Below, in pieces: positions 10,115 through 20,104 of a stretch of DNA of 64,000 nucleotides; the first letter of the stretch is position 1; the number at the start of each line of letters is the position of its first letter. Source of the DNA: Saprospiraceae bacterium (lineage in GTDB: Bacteria; Bacteroidota; Bacteroidia; Chitinophagales; Saprospiraceae); NCBI GenBank assembly GCA_050298535.1, contig JBNKUI010000039.1, forward strand, positions 51,083 to 115,082, written 5' to 3'. Under the pieces are notes generated by a model. It saw nothing but the letters and a program-made list of their open reading frames with translations. It was not told the DNA's origin and did not search any database. Made by a program: the position numbers and the translations under genes.

Positions 10115-10513
10115 TCAATGCATTAAATCTGATAAGCCCTCAGGACTAATCCGGGAAGGATTCCACAACTTATTATCAAGGTAGGATAGATATTCCGCTC
10201 TACAGACATAGGTTTGGCACGAGATCAATCTTCCGTCAGTAATTTTTACTTCAACGCATGTACGTTCGTACATGTCACCTTCATACACATCGAGCTTTTC
10301 CAGATCCTCTTCACTGAGATTTTTATATATCACACCTGAGACATTCGATTCGTGGGCAGCAACAATGGCAGGATAGATTTGATGTTTCACTTCATAACAT
10401 GCATATCCATCTAGCCGTCCGGGGATGGAACTGACTTCTCTCTCTATCAATTGACGGACCATACTAGGTATCATCAGGGTGCCATAAGCAAAAAGATGTA
10501 TTTGATGTGACAT
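10115..10513 (-). CDS. Gamma-glutamylcyclotransferase (AIG2/GGACT-like) family protein
   Basis: LFAYGTLM motif near the N-terminus. I place the start at the internal ATG (MSHQIHLFAYGTLM) at 10513. The ORF stays open to 10570. Confidence 0.65.
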   Translation of the reverse strand: MSHQIHLFAYGTLMIPSMVRQLIEREVSSIPGRLDGYACYEVKHQIYPAIVAAHESNVSGVIYKNLSEEDLEKLDVYEGDMYERTCVEVKITDGRLISCQTYVCRAEYLSYLDNKLWNPSRISPEGLSDLMH

Positions 10514-10632
10514 GATCTTACTTCTCGTATACATAAAAGTAAAAACTGCAAGCGGGAAGATGAAGTCCAATGTGACTTACATGTTCCCGATTACAGTTTA
10601 ATTTATCTTACCGTACTAATCCTAGCTTGTAA

Positions 10633-11319
10633 TCAATTCTTCGACTTGATTGATCCTGAAAATCCAGAATCAATATTTACGCTTTGAGGCTTCCCCATAT
10701 AGGTGATGCTACCTCCAGAACTAGCCTCCGCCGAAAGCTCCTTGGTGACTGTGAAGTTCGCCACGCCACCACTGGATGCATCTGCATCTGCCGTCATACT
10801 GGTGAGGTCATAAGCTTTAAACATACCACCTGATGATACATTCACTTCCAGGTCATCAGTACTTCCCTCTATATTGAGTATACCTCCACTTGAAGCACCA
10901 ACTTCCAGCGATCTTGCTTTTATGGTTAGCTCCATCATGCCCCCACTGGACCCTCCGAGCTCCAGGTCATTAGCTTCAATGGTATTATCAGCAGTCAGAT
11001 GTGCTCCTGACGAGACGTCTATGGCCTCCAGTGTGCTGCTATATTGAACAGTCACTGTTGCTTTTCTACCTCGGGTACGCATTCCCAGATTGCTTTTGAA
11101 CTTTACTACGAGTTCATCACCTTTTACTTCGGTGATGACATCGTCGGGTGAGCAGTTTTCGACTTCGATGGTAGCCTTATTCTGTGATCCCGATACTAAG
11201 ATCACCTTTACTCCTGCTTGTGCAGATACTTCGTCAAAGGGTTCGAGATTCCGTGTTTCCTGAGCATGACATAAGACCACAAAGAGCAGCGATGCCAGTA
11301 TTATGGTTAGTTTCTTCAT
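10633..11319 (-). CDS. DUF2807-like exported beta-helix repeat protein (head GIN domain type)
   Basis: 228 aa. Signal peptide, then repeated ~20-aa units each containing SSGG (GSSGGMMEL, ASSGGILNI, VSSGGMFKA, ASSGGVANF, ASSGGSITY). Confidence 0.7.
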   Translation of the reverse strand: MKKLTIILASLLFVVLCHAQETRNLEPFDEVSAQAGVKVILVSGSQNKATIEVENCSPDDVITEVKGDELVVKFKSNLGMRTRGRKATVTVQYSSTLEAIDVSSGAHLTADNTIEANDLELGGSSGGMMELTIKARSLEVGASSGGILNIEGSTDDLEVNVSSGGMFKAYDLTSMTADADASSGGVANFTVTKELSAEASSGGSITYMGKPQSVNIDSGFSGSIKSKN

Positions 11320-11435
11320 TTTGATATCAATTTTTAAATCTTGGTTTCATCACTAATAGACGATGGTCTTTGCAATAGGGTTGCCCCTTTTGCAATAAAC
11401 ATATTTAGAGCACCTAGAAATTCCCCCAAACACAT

Positions 11436-11467
11436 AAAAAAAGGTCCTGACCTGGTAGGTCAGAACC
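11436..11467 (-). terminator. Rho-independent terminator downstream of 11492..11965
   Basis: Stem GGTTCTGACC/GGTCAGGACC (one mismatch), loop tacca, followed by a T7 run on the minus strand. Confidence 0.6.
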
Positions 11468-11491
11468 TCATATCTTTTGACTATCGAAGTC

Positions 11492-11965
11492 CTATTCAGC
11501 GGTTTTTAAATAGGGTTTTTGAGCAGATACTTCTTTCCAATCTACAATACGCATACATAGATAGGAAAGCACCAATCCTATTGCTGTACCTTCCGCCAGC
11601 ACAATTAGTCCGGCCGTGAATGGATTGAGATAGGATGCAAATACCGGAAACGCTTCCTGAAGGGTGCTCATCATAGCTGGATTAATGGATAGATTAATCA
11701 TCTGAAATATGGCAAAAGGTATCACTCCAACCAATGTAACCAGGATGCCTGACATAGTGCCTGAAAGGTAAGTATATTCATCGGGTGTACTCTTAGCGTA
11801 TTGTCGGACGCCGAGGTAGACGATCACACTCTGTATGACAACATTAAAAATCCTGAAATCATATCGTTCACCATATCCCAGAACTTGCATAGCCAGGAAG
11901 AATGCCATCAGGGCTAAGAATAGATAGATTCCGTATTGTAACGCTGCTTTTCTCATTTTCTTCAT
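11492..11965 (-). CDS. Small polytopic membrane protein (DUF4199-like)
   Basis: 157 aa with four hydrophobic segments. The family assignment is from general resemblance only. Confidence 0.5.
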   Translation of the reverse strand: MKKMRKAALQYGIYLFLALMAFFLAMQVLGYGERYDFRIFNVVIQSVIVYLGVRQYAKSTPDEYTYLSGTMSGILVTLVGVIPFAIFQMINLSINPAMMSTLQEAFPVFASYLNPFTAGLIVLAEGTAIGLVLSYLCMRIVDWKEVSAQKPYLKTAE

Positions 11966-12127
11966 ATCTCTCGAATTTTAAATTCTCTTAACTTGTTCGT
12001 CACTAGCCTTACTAGAATTCTAAGCTATTTGTTCGACAGAAATGATTGATAGTAGGGAAGGTCCCAATCTGGGAATTACAACCTCCACTGCCATTATAGG
12101 GTTCGTTTATGTCCTGTAGCTGCCTAG

Positions 12128-12889
12128 TTACGAAGGACTTACGTACTTCTGGAGAGATTTCTGTGCATAAGCAGACAGGAGCAGTTTAGCACTTAGTGCG
12201 GCTCGATCATCAAGTAGGTGAGACCAGTCATTGGTGCCTTCCCACAGTGCAGTCTTCATTGACCTTAAACTTTCCGTACCAAAGGACTTGTACTGACTGA
12301 GCAAAGGCACTAGGTGATCTTCCAGAGAAACCATGTCCTCATATACCTTTTGATACAAGCCTACCTCCTGACACCACTCAGCAGACTTCCATTCAGTCGG
12401 ATTTAATGCCAGATTAGAGAGATGAGCTATGCCAATTTTTCTCCTGATGACGGGTTCTATCACAAACGGACCTATGCCTATGGAGACTTCACTAAGTTTT
12501 ACACTTGCCCACTTGGTTGCAAATATATAGTCACAGGCTGCAATGATACCCACGCCTCCTCCCACTGCCTTCCCCTGTACACAGCCTATTATGATCTTTC
12601 CACACGTTCGCATGGCGTTGATGACATTTGCAAATCCTCTAAAAAAAGTATAACCAGCCTGCTCCTCTCTTATTCCTGATAGTTCTTTGAGGTTGGCACC
12701 GGCACAGAAAGTCCGATCACCGCCACTTCGCAATACAATAGCTTTGATCGTTTGGTCCTGACCCAAAGTCATTATTCTATCTGCTAGTTCTTGCAGCTGT
12801 AAGAGGGACAGTGCATTGTGATTTTCTGACGAGAAAGATAGTGTGGCAATGCCATCGGTGATTTGATGCTTGATTTGGTGTCTATCCAT
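12128..12889 (-). CDS. Enoyl-CoA hydratase/isomerase (crotonase) family protein
   Basis: 253 aa. FCAGANLKE oxyanion-hole motif and GKAVGGGVGI. Confidence 0.85.
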   Translation of the reverse strand: MDRHQIKHQITDGIATLSFSSENHNALSLLQLQELADRIMTLGQDQTIKAIVLRSGGDRTFCAGANLKELSGIREEQAGYTFFRGFANVINAMRTCGKIIIGCVQGKAVGGGVGIIAACDYIFATKWASVKLSEVSIGIGPFVIEPVIRRKIGIAHLSNLALNPTEWKSAEWCQEVGLYQKVYEDMVSLEDHLVPLLSQYKSFGTESLRSMKTALWEGTNDWSHLLDDRAALSAKLLLSAYAQKSLQKYVSPS

Positions 12890-12965
12890 GGGGCAAAATA
12901 TATAAAAAAAGGTGCTACCCTAGTTGGAAGCACCTCCTTGAATATTTCTGATGGAGTTTAAACCT

Positions 12966-13727
12966 CTAGTCTCTATTCATGAAAATGGCCAGAATTCGGA
13001 GTATCTCTACATAAATCCATACCAATGTGATGAGTAGTCCCATAGCGGCAAACCACTCCATATGTTTCGGTGCCCCGTATTCCTCCCCTTTTTCAAAAGT
13101 GTCGAAATCAAGTAATAGATTCAATGCTGCAATTCCCAGGATTCCCAGACTAATCATCAAGCCCAAGGGAGAAGCCTCGTGGAGGAACGGCATATGAATT
13201 CCAAAGAAACCAAGTACCATCGCTATAATATAGAAAATGGCAATTCCTCCAGTGGCCATCATAATGCCAGTTCGAAATGATTTGGTCACTTTGATCAATC
13301 CAGATTTATATATGGCCAGCATGGCAAAAAAGACGGCAAAAGTTAAAGTCACTGCTTGCATTATGATGCCTTCGTAAGCAGTCGCATAGAAAGCAGTTAT
13401 TCCACCGACGAATAAACCTTCCAGTACGGCATATATGGGTGCATACATACTGGCTTTCGCCAGATTTCTAGATGCTATAAATACGATGATCAAACCACCG
13501 ATAGCCCCTCCAAAGGTGAGGATTGGACTGGTAAATGTAAACGAAACACCGGCAGCAGCCATCATGATCATGCCTAGTAAGAATGTCTTATTTACTGCAC
13601 CTGAGACCGTCATCTGGTCATCATCTGTGATCGCATAAGATCCACCCCCTTGCTGCATGAAAGTCTCTTCTTTCAGATATGGATTAGAAGAATCAAAAAG
13701 GCCTCTTTTTTTGGACCGTGTTCTCAT
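12966..13727 (-). CDS. Bax inhibitor-1/YccA family membrane protein
   Basis: 253 aa, seven hydrophobic segments, charged C-terminal end typical of the BI-1 family. Confidence 0.8.
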   Translation of the reverse strand: MRTRSKKRGLFDSSNPYLKEETFMQQGGGSYAITDDDQMTVSGAVNKTFLLGMIMMAAAGVSFTFTSPILTFGGAIGGLIIVFIASRNLAKASMYAPIYAVLEGLFVGGITAFYATAYEGIIMQAVTLTFAVFFAMLAIYKSGLIKVTKSFRTGIMMATGGIAIFYIIAMVLGFFGIHMPFLHEASPLGLMISLGILGIAALNLLLDFDTFEKGEEYGAPKHMEWFAAMGLLITLVWIYVEILRILAIFMNRD

Positions 13728-13780
13728 ATTGTTTTTATTTTATGTATCGAATATATAACAACATTTGAGGTGCAAAAAGT

Positions 13781-14680
13781 TTACTGGACAGTTCCCTGAT
13801 ATTTTTCGATTGCTGCTCTGATTTTTTCGATTCGATTTTCAGGGTCTGGGTGAGTGGAAGAAAACTCCGGCCTACTTTGTCCACCGCTGGCCTCTTTGAG
13901 AATACGCATGACGCCCACCAACTCTTCGGGATTGTACCCGGTTTCGATCATTAGTCTCACTCCCAGATCATCCGATTGAAGTTCCTGATCGCGACCAAAT
14001 TTCATAGAAATGAGGTTAGAAATGTATTGGGCTACTTCCGCAGATCGCTGACTGCCTGGATTAGAGGGATCGTATGTCGCCATGACAGCTGCACCTGTGA
14101 GGCCCTGATAAAGTTCTTGCTTGGCCATACGTTCTGCCGAGTGACGTGCCACCACATGTCCAATCTCATGTCCTAATACACCAGCTAGTTGATCCTCATT
14201 TTCCAATCTATTGAAGAGCGCTGCAGTAATGAAGATTTGACCACCCGGTAGTGCGAAAGCATTTACAACCCGCTGATCCCGTAGCAGATGAAAATCGTAC
14301 CGATATGGCGATTGGCGGGCTATCGAATTGGCTACCAATCGATTTCCGACCTCCTTCACCAGCGCCTGGGCTTTCTGGTCAGGATGCAATCCACCGTGCT
14401 GCTGTGCCATACTGGGAGCACTTTGTAGACCGATGGCAATCTCTTGCTCCACAGTCATGTTGATATGCTGTGTCTCATTGGTGATGGGATTGACCTGTGA
14501 GGAGCCATAGTACTTACATAGAGCAAAGCCGGCCATCACAATCGCTATGAGGAGTCCACCTCCAATCGTATTTCTCCTTCTGGGATATCCTCCGTATCCC
14601 TGTTGTGGTGTCTGGCGTCGGTAGTATGTCATTGTGATCTTTTTCCTTGGGTAATTTACAGAAAACCAGTATCCGATCAA
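13781..14680 (-). CDS. M48 family zinc metallopeptidase
   Basis: HEIGHVVARH zinc motif and an N-terminal TM segment. An alternative ATG start at 14632 (MTYYRRQ) is equally plausible. Confidence 0.85.
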   Translation of the reverse strand: MIGYWFSVNYPRKKITMTYYRRQTPQQGYGGYPRRRNTIGGGLLIAIVMAGFALCKYYGSSQVNPITNETQHINMTVEQEIAIGLQSAPSMAQQHGGLHPDQKAQALVKEVGNRLVANSIARQSPYRYDFHLLRDQRVVNAFALPGGQIFITAALFNRLENEDQLAGVLGHEIGHVVARHSAERMAKQELYQGLTGAAVMATYDPSNPGSQRSAEVAQYISNLISMKFGRDQELQSDDLGVRLMIETGYNPEELVGVMRILKEASGGQSRPEFSSTHPDPENRIEKIRAAIEKYQGTVQ

Positions 14681-14772
14681 ACAGTGAGTTTATGTCTCAG
14701 GTTCGCTTTTATCGGAGATGCATTCAATCTTGTGCTGAGATCGACGATTGTACCAGGAGATCGGGGATACCC

Positions 14773-14807
14773 AAAAAACGAAAAGGCAAGTGACGAATCA
14801 ACTTGCC
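14773..14807 (-). terminator. Rho-independent terminator of rpsT
   Basis: Stem GGCAAGT/ACTTGCC with a 9-nt loop, followed on the minus strand by TTTTCGTTTTTT. Confidence 0.7.
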
Positions 14808-14847
14808 CATTCAAAGCTATGTATCTTGATGCAGAGTATCCTGCAGA

Positions 14848-15099
14848 TTATAGAGCAGCTACGTGCTTCTTAAGTTTTGACTTTAGGTTAGCAGCCTTGT
14901 TTTTATGAATGCTGTTGCGTTTTGCAAGCTTATCAATCATACTGACTACTTTGGAAAGAAACTTCTCAGCTTCTGCTTTGTCCTCCATGGATCGCAAATT
15001 CTTGATCGCAGTCCTGGTAGACTTCTTATAATATCGATTGCGTAGACGTTTTTTGGCGTCTTGTCTGATTCGTTTCTGTGAAGACTTATGATGTGCCAT
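14848..15099 (-). CDS. rpsT: 30S ribosomal protein S20
   Basis: 83 aa. [33 protein letters not shown]. Confidence 0.95.
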   Translation of the reverse strand: MAHHKSSQKRIRQDAKKRLRNRYYKKSTRTAIKNLRSMEDKAEAEKFLSKVVSMIDKLAKRNSIHKNKAANLKSKLKKHVAAL

Positions 15100-15125
15100 T
15101 GTACAGCTCTTAAAATTTAGGAGTG

Positions 15126-15133
15126 CAAAGATA
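15126..15133 (-). promoter_or_regulatory. Candidate -7 promoter box (TATCTTTG) of rpsT
   Basis: Exact TAnnTTTG on the minus strand, 26 nt upstream of the ATG at 15099. Confidence 0.45.
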
Positions 15134-15377
15134 AGAGTCTTCTTTTATCTATCCAACTAAGTTTGCGGGAGTTAGGAGAGAATTTTTCAAATAGGTAAAA
15201 GTTGCCAATGGTATTGAATAGTAGGAGCTTATGGAATGCCAAAAAGCAGAAAAATGCATGAAACGCAATAATGACGGGTAATTTAGCCCCTTTTTTAAGT
15301 TAAAAACTTGTTTGAGAAGGTTGGACCGCCTACCTTTACTGCCGTATTATAGTTTTCATTAATTTAAATTATATAAG

Positions 15378-15650
15378 ATGAACAAAGGAGATTTAGTTGA
15401 TAGTGTAGCAACTCAGTCAGGATTGAGCAAAGCGGACTCAGCTAGAGCCGTAGATGCTGTTCTTGATGCCATCACTGGAAGTCTGATGAAAGGTGAAAAA
15501 GTAACTCTTCCTGGATTTGGTACATTTTCAACTTCCAAGCGTGCTGCTCGTACAGGTCGCAACCCATCAACAGGCGAAACGATCAAGATCAAAGCGAAGA
15601 CTGTTGCCAAATTTAAGGCAGGTTCCAAATTGACAGACGCTGTCAACTAA
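15378..15650 (+). CDS. hup: HU family DNA-binding protein
   Basis: 90 aa. MNKGDLVDSVA...GFGTFSTSKRAARTGRNPSTGE. Confidence 0.93.
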   Translation: MNKGDLVDSVATQSGLSKADSARAVDAVLDAITGSLMKGEKVTLPGFGTFSTSKRAARTGRNPSTGETIKIKAKTVAKFKAGSKLTDAVN

Positions 15651-15682
15651 GACCAAAGTACCCAAAGAATACATTTCAAAAC

Positions 15683-15716
15683 GGGAGGTTGTCTGTCAAG
15701 ACGCCTCCCTTTTTTC
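15683..15716 (+). terminator. Rho-independent terminator of hup
   Basis: GGGAGG...CCTCCC stem with an inner GTC/GAC extension, followed by TTTTTT. Confidence 0.75.
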
Positions 15717-15788
15717 ATCTACGATCTCAGCTAATGAGAAATCTGACAGAAAGGATATCTTTACAGCGCCTTAATTTATATAAGTCTC

Positions 15789-16928
15789 ATGAAGTTTGAA
15801 ACAAAAGTGATTCATGCTGGTATTCACCCCGATCCTGCTACCGGCGCCATTATGACCCCTATTTATCAGACATCGACCTATGTGCAGGATGCACCGGGCA
15901 AGCATAAGGGATACGAGTATGCCAGGACGCAGAATCCCACGAGGAAAGCGCTCGAGGAAAATCTGGCTGCACTAGAGAATGGAGTAGATGCAGTCTGCTT
16001 TAGTTCAGGTCTGGCAGCTATGGATGCCGTTTTTAAGTTATTGAAGCCTGGTGATGAAGTGATATCCACCTATGAATTATATGGCGGATCCTATCGTCAG
16101 ATGGTTCAGATCTTTGGCCCATTTGGCATTAAGTCGCATTTTATCGATCTTAATGATCGCAATGCCATTAAGGATCTGATCAATGAAAGGACAAAACTGA
16201 TCTGGATCGAGACTCCTACCAATCCCATGTTGAGTATTCTGGATATTCGACAGATCTGCAACATCGCCAAGAAGAGCAACATCCTGACGTGTGTTGATAA
16301 CACATTTGCGACACCCTATCTACAGAAACCGCTTGATTTAGGTGCCGACCTGGTCGTGCATTCAGCTACCAAATACCTGGCAGGTCATTCTGATGTCATC
16401 CTGGGTGCCGTGGTTGCCGCAGACAAGGAACTCGCAGAGAGACTGCACTTCATTCAGAATGCCACGGGTGCTGTCCCTGGCCCGCAGGATTGCTTTCTCA
16501 CCCTGAGAGGTATCAAGACCTTGCATCTTCGTGTACAAAGAGCCTGTGACAATGCAGTCGAAATTGCCGCTTTTCTAAAGAAAAACCGAAAAGTAGATAA
16601 GGTGTTTTATCCAGGTTTCAATGACTTTCCTAATCACGAAGTGGCTAAAAAACAAATGTCTCATTTTGGGGCTATGGTTTCTTTCAACCTGAAAAGTGAC
16701 ACCAAACGATCCGCTAACAAAGTGCTAAATAAAACTGAGATATTCAGTCTGGCTGAGTCTCTGGGAGGTGTAGAATCACTCATCGGTCATCCTGCGAGCA
16801 TGACCCATGCGTCTATTCCAAAGAAAGAACGTGTAAGCATAGGGCTTACCGATAGCCTTATTCGACTGAGCGTAGGTATCGAGCATGCAGATGATCTTAT
16901 ATCAGATTTGAGACAGGCTCTCAAATAG
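15789..16928 (+). CDS. PLP-dependent Cys/Met metabolism enzyme (cystathionine gamma-synthase/beta-lyase/gamma-lyase family)
   Basis: 379 aa. SATKYLAGHSDV carries the PLP lysine motif. ESLGGVESLI. Confidence 0.88.
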   Translation: MKFETKVIHAGIHPDPATGAIMTPIYQTSTYVQDAPGKHKGYEYARTQNPTRKALEENLAALENGVDAVCFSSGLAAMDAVFKLLKPGDEVISTYELYGGSYRQMVQIFGPFGIKSHFIDLNDRNAIKDLINERTKLIWIETPTNPMLSILDIRQICNIAKKSNILTCVDNTFATPYLQKPLDLGADLVVHSATKYLAGHSDVILGAVVAADKELAERLHFIQNATGAVPGPQDCFLTLRGIKTLHLRVQRACDNAVEIAAFLKKNRKVDKVFYPGFNDFPNHEVAKKQMSHFGAMVSFNLKSDTKRSANKVLNKTEIFSLAESLGGVESLIGHPASMTHASIPKKERVSIGLTDSLIRLSVGIEHADDLISDLRQALK

Positions 16929-17050
16929 TGATCAATAATTTATTGGAGAATAGGGGATTAAATATCATACATACTTGATTGATTATCAATTTTATACACC
17001 TAAAAAGATTATTCTTCTATCTTTACGTATATCCTAAAAGTACTTCGTAG

Positions 17051-19288
17051 GTGGCCAAGAAAAAGAAATCATCGAGTAAGAAACCCATTTCTGGAAAGCC
17101 AGGGAGGTCGGCAAGGAAAAAGAAGAACGTCACCGGAGTAGAACGGGATGTGAGTGGATTCTGGAGTCGGGATGTGGGGTTGGATCCCTCTCAATTAAAG
17201 TATCTTCGCTATATCGCGATCGGTCTTTGTCTTATCATGGCCTTGCTATCTACCCGAGTGGGACTCAATGGAGATGATGATGTGCAGGCCAATTATTCTA
17301 ACGATTTACCCTCATTTTATACATCATTTGGATCCGATACGACTTGCTTTGAAAGCGGTGCTGAAATCAAATATTACGGAGCACTCTTTGAGCTAATCAC
17401 CGGTGCGTCTAATAAGGTGTTAGGTTTCGAAAAAGATGAACCCGCATACTACAGCGTTCGACACATATGGAATGCCATCTTTGGTGCTATCGCCATGTAC
17501 TTTATGGCCATGCTACTGGGAGAAATCGCTGGTTTTCGGGCTGCGTTGCTGGGCCTTGGAATGATCTTCTTCAGTATGCGATTTCTGGGGCATTCATTTT
17601 TCAATCCTAAAGACATTCCCTTTGCCGCAGGTTATATGGTCAGCGTTTACTATATCTACCTATTGGTAAAACATATGCCCGCTCCGGGTCGGAGGATCTG
17701 GACGGGTGTGGCAGCAGGAATTGCGATGAGTGTGGGTGTACGGGTGGGCGGTGTCCTGGTCATTGCGTATTTAGGGCTCTTTTTGGGACTTTACTTCCTA
17801 TACAGACATGGATTTGGAGGGATTTTTAAGGATACAGATCGCCTGAAAAAGTATGTGCTATCGCTGGTGGTGCCCAGTGCGGTAGGATTAGTTGCCAGTC
17901 TCCTGGTTTGGCCGTATGGATTAATTAGTCCATTTGAAAATATTCCTGAGTCCTTTGAGGCCTTTGCCAATTTTCAGACCGCCATCAAAGTATTATTTGC
18001 CAGTGAAATGGTTTGGTCGGCTCATATTCCTTTTCGATATATCCTCACCTGGATGCTTATTACATTCCCCGTTTTTAGCTTGGTGGGTCTTATAGGTTTT
18101 CTAGTCTTTAGCAAGGGTATCTTCACACGATTTAATCCTTTTGCCGTAATCATTGCATCCTTTGCAGCTATATTTCCTATCGTATATGTTCTGTTGAAGG
18201 GATCGGCACTTTATGATGGTTGGCGTCACTTCTTATTTGTATATCCATCGATTGTTATCATGGTGACTCTCGCCTGGGAATATGCATTGCAGCGCTTTGG
18301 TACGACAGAAAAAATGAAATATGTGGTGTTTGGATTGTTGGGCCTTACAGCTCTGGACTCGGCTCTATTCCTGGTGCGAAATAGTTCGCTACCCTACGTA
18401 TATTTCAACCCGACGGTTGGAGGGATAAAGGGTGCTACAGGAGATTTTGAACTTGACTACTGGGGTGCTAGTGTAAAGCAAGCCATCGAATGGATGGACG
18501 ATGAAGGCATAATTGGTCCGGATATGACAGATACGGTCACCATCACCAGCAACTTCTCTCATGCTGCACAGGTTTACACCAAGAAATATGACGGTAAGGT
18601 ACAGGTCAATTACGTGAGATGGAGGCAACGGAATGATAGGAAATGGGACTATGGAATCTTCATAAATAGATTCGTGGATGGATCATACATCCGAAATGGA
18701 TATTGGCCTACCTCAAAGACCATCCACACGCTAAAGGCCAATGGTGCCCCTATCGCTATTATTGAAAAGGCTGATGATCCCGATTTTGCGTACCTGGGAT
18801 CAGAAGGGATCCGTCAGCAAAATTGGCAGGCGGCACTTACCAATTATCAAAAGGAAGTGGAAGCACATCCAGACAATGAACTAGCCTGGACGGGGATAGG
18901 TATGGCCTACCTAAATATTAATCAACCCCAACCTGCAAAGGCTCCATTGGATAAGGCACTTGAGATTACACCGGAAAATCAAAATGCCCTTAATTTTTTA
19001 GGCTATTATCACTTTGTAACCAATCAGCATGATGAAGCTCGAACTGTGTTAACCCGGGCTCTTGACCTGCATTCTACTAATGTCACAGCCATGTTGTATT
19101 TGGGCAGGATCGAAGCGCTGGCTCAGAACTATCCGAAAGCGCTGGAGTATGCCAATGACTGTATCAATACCAACGCTAATTTTGGGCAATGCTACCAGTT
19201 GGCTGCTGATGTCTATGATGCCATGGGCGACCCGGCAAACGCTCAGGCATATCGCAATGCATTGAGTCAGCTAGGAGGAGGCAGGTGA
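17051..19288 (+). CDS. Polytopic GT39/ArnT-like (PMT_2-type) glycosyltransferase fused to C-terminal TPR repeats
   Basis: 745 aa with GTG start. Lys-rich N-terminus, more than 10 TM segments, and a C-terminal ~170 aa of TPR-like repeats (AWTGIGMAYL, ALNFLGYYHF, AMLYLGRIEA). Confidence 0.7.
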   Translation: MAKKKKSSSKKPISGKPGRSARKKKNVTGVERDVSGFWSRDVGLDPSQLKYLRYIAIGLCLIMALLSTRVGLNGDDDVQANYSNDLPSFYTSFGSDTTCFESGAEIKYYGALFELITGASNKVLGFEKDEPAYYSVRHIWNAIFGAIAMYFMAMLLGEIAGFRAALLGLGMIFFSMRFLGHSFFNPKDIPFAAGYMVSVYYIYLLVKHMPAPGRRIWTGVAAGIAMSVGVRVGGVLVIAYLGLFLGLYFLYRHGFGGIFKDTDRLKKYVLSLVVPSAVGLVASLLVWPYGLISPFENIPESFEAFANFQTAIKVLFASEMVWSAHIPFRYILTWMLITFPVFSLVGLIGFLVFSKGIFTRFNPFAVIIASFAAIFPIVYVLLKGSALYDGWRHFLFVYPSIVIMVTLAWEYALQRFGTTEKMKYVVFGLLGLTALDSALFLVRNSSLPYVYFNPTVGGIKGATGDFELDYWGASVKQAIEWMDDEGIIGPDMTDTVTITSNFSHAAQVYTKKYDGKVQVNYVRWRQRNDRKWDYGIFINRFVDGSYIRNGYWPTSKTIHTLKANGAPIAIIEKADDPDFAYLGSEGIRQQNWQAALTNYQKEVEAHPDNELAWTGIGMAYLNINQPQPAKAPLDKALEITPENQNALNFLGYYHFVTNQHDEARTVLTRALDLHSTNVTAMLYLGRIEALAQNYPKALEYANDCINTNANFGQCYQLAADVYDAMGDPANAQAYRNALSQLGGGR

Positions 19289-19424
19289 TAAACCTCCCCA
19301 CTCACCTCTTTAGAGTATAGACCTATCTTTAGAAAACATGGCATGGCCTTCCATCACGGAGTAGCTTTCCCATTGATAGTTGAAAGGTATTCCTGAAATA
19401 CGTATCTTTAGAATAAAAGTACGT

Positions 19425-19667
19425 ATGCAGACTAAATTGACATTATCGATTGATAAAGTCACGATAGAGAAGGCGAAGATATATGCAAAGGCAACCCAGA
19501 GAAGTTTATCTGAAATAGTGGAGTCCTATCTGGATAAGATCACAAGTCCCGAAAAAGAGGATGCTGACAGTGAGTTCGAAGAGATTGTGGGAGTAATTAA
19601 ATTACCTAAGGATTTTGATGAAAAGTCAGCCATCCGAGAGATCCTTCATGATAGACATACGAAGTGA
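19425..19667 (+). CDS. Type II antitoxin, DUF6364-like
   Basis: Start placed at the internal ATG (MQTKLTLSIDKVTIEKAKIYAKATQRSLSEIVESYL). The stop overlaps the GTG start of the PIN gene (GTGA). Confidence 0.6.
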   Translation: MQTKLTLSIDKVTIEKAKIYAKATQRSLSEIVESYLDKITSPEKEDADSEFEEIVGVIKLPKDFDEKSAIREILHDRHTK

Positions 19668-20068
19668 GAGTCTTTCTGGATACTAACGTCTTGATTGATA
19701 TCACTGCTAATAGAGAACCTTTTTCAAGGTGGGCCATCAAATTGTTTAAAGAAGCCAAGATTGGACGCTTCGAATTATTCACTTCAACACTGTCCATACT
19801 AACCACTTACTATTTGACTGAAATGGCTCTAGGTGCTGAAAAGAGCAAAAGAGTTATTGGTATTATTCTCAAGAGGGTACAAACTCAAGACATAGATCAT
19901 CAAGGTTTATTAAACGGCTTGACTAGCAGATTCAAAGATTATGAAGACGCTATGCAACACGAATGTGCCAGAAGAATCTCAGACATAAAGTACATAGTCA
20001 CTAGAAATAAGAAAGACTTTAAGCACAGTTTAATAAAGGTTGTCAGTCCCGAAGAACTTTTTACCTAG
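19664..20068 (+). CDS. vapC: PIN-domain ribonuclease toxin (VapC-like)
   Basis: 134 aa. N-terminal VFLDTNVLIDI acidic motif and later conserved D/E residues (YEDAMQ). Confidence 0.8.
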   Translation: MRVFLDTNVLIDITANREPFSRWAIKLFKEAKIGRFELFTSTLSILTTYYLTEMALGAEKSKRVIGIILKRVQTQDIDHQGLLNGLTSRFKDYEDAMQHECARRISDIKYIVTRNKKDFKHSLIKVVSPEELFT

Positions 20069-20104
20069 GGTTTAACTGTCTTTAATCCTACCGTGAGAGG
20101 ATGG

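Noticed and set aside
15651-15788. Possible SAM or other riboswitch upstream of the Cys/Met metabolism gene.
   Set aside because: The region holds the hup terminator and a short AT-rich leader. No SAM-I, SAM-II or other riboswitch core sequence is recognisable.
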